DNA of 64,000 nt from Escherichia phage fKMPT1. The position numbers and the translations under genes were made by a program. The notes under the pieces are model-generated. The model was not told where the DNA came from. It ran no database searches and saw only the letters and a program-made list of their open reading frames with translations. The stretch lies in the sequence record PP620640. The stretch is one strand, 5' to 3'. This document shows, in pieces, positions 62,458 to 64,000 of this stretch (its first letter is position 1; each line of letters starts with the position of its first letter).

Positions 62458-62620
62458 GAGTGACAAGTACACTCAAGAAGAATCAAGATTCACTGTCAAA
62501 GGCAACACTGGTAGTGATGTGGCAGCAGCCCTTGAGTTTTATCGTGATGGTTTTTACCAGTGCACAATCAAAGCTAATAACCTTATTGATATGATTTTAT
62601 TAGGAAACAAACAGCAATGA
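62351..62620 (+). CDS. o-spanin (Rz1-like) lipoprotein candidate
   Basis: 89 aa; signal peptide with lipobox-like IIMSGC; start embedded in 3' end of i-spanin ORF in another frame. Confidence 0.5.
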   Translation: MKKLSQSFIMFVLLIIMSGCSTNKVNSTFKNSQVSESDKYTQEESRFTVKGNTGSDVAAALEFYRDGFYQCTIKANNLIDMILLGNKQQ

Positions 62621-62886
62621 CAGAGAATGAAGACACTTTCTATGTAGAAGGGTACTTACTACTACCACGACCAAAAGAAACTTATATACGGGTTGATTTC
62701 TCACCAACCATTATGGATAACGTGATGTGTCATATCTTTATGCAAGGTGTCACAGCACAACTTAAGCATGTTGGTAAAGAGTGCAAAATAAAGGTTGACA
62801 CTCATCCAGAAATCAAAGAGAATCACTACACATGGTTCTTGCCAGACTCTAAAGAAATCTTAGCAGTTCTTAAAACGAGGAAATGA
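62617..62886 (+). CDS. Hypothetical protein
   Basis: 89-aa ORF, coupled start. Confidence 0.35.
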   Translation: MTENEDTFYVEGYLLLPRPKETYIRVDFSPTIMDNVMCHIFMQGVTAQLKHVGKECKIKVDTHPEIKENHYTWFLPDSKEILAVLKTRK

Positions 62887-63197
62887 TTATGCAATTCCAG
62901 CCAACAAATCGTGGATTTTCTTATGCAGAATTTAAAGATGCTAAAGGAGAGATTTGTACTTTACAAGAAAGTTCATCATATGAACCATGTATCTGGTTAG
63001 GTGCTAAAGAGGTCTCTGTTCAGTACCTAGATGGTGGCTGGAAAACACTTGATATCCAAGCGTTAGTAGGCAAAGATTTTGTAGGTAACCAAAGAATGAA
63101 ACTCAACCAAGAACAGGTGAAAGAGTTATTGCCATACCTTCAGTACTTTGCTGAAAATGGTGAATTACCAACAGAGGAACTTACAAATGCAGATTAA
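62883..63197 (+). CDS. Hypothetical protein
   Basis: 104-aa ORF. Confidence 0.35.
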   Translation: MIMQFQPTNRGFSYAEFKDAKGEICTLQESSSYEPCIWLGAKEVSVQYLDGGWKTLDIQALVGKDFVGNQRMKLNQEQVKELLPYLQYFAENGELPTEELTNAD

Positions 63198-63513
63198 TGG
63201 AAGAGACTTTGTAGCCGTTTACTACGAGAAAGATAAAGAAGTTGGCGTAGCACAAGTATCTTATGGTAATGGTAAGTGGTTATATGGCACAATCGCAGTA
63301 GTAGGAACAAGAAGTGATACAAAAACTTTTAAAGACTGTGTTGACCTTCTTGAAGAATCCATCCACAATCATTGGTGTCTGATATGGATGACTGACAACG
63401 AAGTGATAGAACGCTTCAAAAAGATTGGTATCAACATTGATAGCATTGAGCATGTTGACTTGTATGAGCTAACTGAGAAGGTAAATTATGAAAGTAATAC
63501 TAGCCAGAGATAA
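63187..63513 (+). CDS. Hypothetical protein
   Basis: Start moved to ATG 63187 (MQINGRDF) preceded by GAGG. Confidence 0.3.
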   Translation: MQINGRDFVAVYYEKDKEVGVAQVSYGNGKWLYGTIAVVGTRSDTKTFKDCVDLLEESIHNHWCLIWMTDNEVIERFKKIGINIDSIEHVDLYELTEKVNYESNTSQR

Positions 63514-63715
63514 AAAGACACGGAAAATTATCCGGTCAGCAGTATTCATTGGAAGAAATAAAGTGATTCCATTTACAGCAAATGATGTAATAGCCTACAG
63601 GGAAAAATTAGCATTTAGTTATTGCTTGCGTGGCTTCATCTCACAACCATTGGAAGACTTCAAAAGTCGTTGTGGCAAAGGTATCATCATTCAAGAGGCA
63701 ATTATTCATGGCTGA
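63488..63715 (+). CDS. Hypothetical protein
   Basis: 75-aa ORF. Confidence 0.3.
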   Translation: MKVILARDKKTRKIIRSAVFIGRNKVIPFTANDVIAYREKLAFSYCLRGFISQPLEDFKSRCGKGIIIQEAIIHG

Positions 63716-63908
63716 CTTCTGCAAAGATTGTGCTATCGAAATGTTCGGGCGGGATACAGGAGACTTAAAAGGTCTTATCACTGAAGATGACTTTAAAGCT
63801 GGCTATGCAATGCCAGTAATCTGTGAAGGCTGTGGATGTATCTGGGTAGACCACGAAGGACAACGTGTAAAACCTTCAGAAGATAAAGAATCTTGGGAGA
63901 GATGTTAA
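63708..63908 (+). CDS. Small zinc-binding protein (candidate)
   Basis: Start at ATG 63708 (MADFCKDCAIEMF...ICEGCGC); paired CxxC / CxGC motifs. Confidence 0.35.
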   Translation: MADFCKDCAIEMFGRDTGDLKGLITEDDFKAGYAMPVICEGCGCIWVDHEGQRVKPSEDKESWERC

Positions 63909-64000
63909 ATGGGTATTGTAAAAATCATCAATGGTGATATCTTTGCAGCATTTGATAAAGGTAAGTTTGACATCATCGGTCACGGTTGCAACTGTATGAA
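63909..64000 (+). CDS. Macro-domain-like protein, N-terminal fragment (continues beyond window)
   Basis: MGIVKIINGDIFAAFDKGKFDIIGHGCNCM resembles macro-domain N-terminus (GDI(T/F)...D.I(V/I)N.AN pattern). Confidence 0.25.
   Translation, partial: MGIVKIINGDIFAAFDKGKFDIIGHGCNCM

Overview
This window reads as a contiguous stretch of an AT-rich, virulent tailed-phage genome; there is no sign of host chromosome, CRISPR arrays, tRNAs or integrase. All calls are from reading the sequence and ORF track by eye; no searches or folding were run. Layout: (1) 1-23.5 kb, plus strand: late structural module (large terminase, portal, S49-type prohead protease, major capsid, contractile-tail and P2/Mu-type baseplate genes, tape measure, two tail fibers with His-x-His repeat tips, holin-like gene). 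(2) 23.6-33.1 kb, minus strand: thymidylate synthase, DHFR, small accessory genes, ATP-dependent DNA ligase, HNH homing endonuclease, and a family A (T7-like) DNA polymerase interrupted by a compact group I intron (P, Q, R, S core elements readable). (3) 33.4-64 kb, plus strand: dNMP kinase, T7 gp4-like primase-helicase, SSB, 5'-3' exonuclease, aerobic (nrdA/nrdB/glutaredoxin) and anaerobic (nrdD/nrdG) ribonucleotide reductases, an A-B-A-B tandem array of four paralogous genes, a Prs-like + NAMPT-like pair (candidate NAD+ reconstitution/anti-defense module), rIIA/rIIB-like genes, a lytic transglycosylase and an overlapping spanin pair. Most intergenic gaps carry hairpin + T-tract terminators, and three carry an identical promoter motif TGTTTGACA-N17/18-TAGAAT. 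The candidates for something new are the Prs/NAMPT pair, the four-gene paralog array, a G-depleted CA-rich duplicated non-coding module at 27.17-27.43 kb, and the intron/homing-endonuclease arrangement in the polymerase gene.
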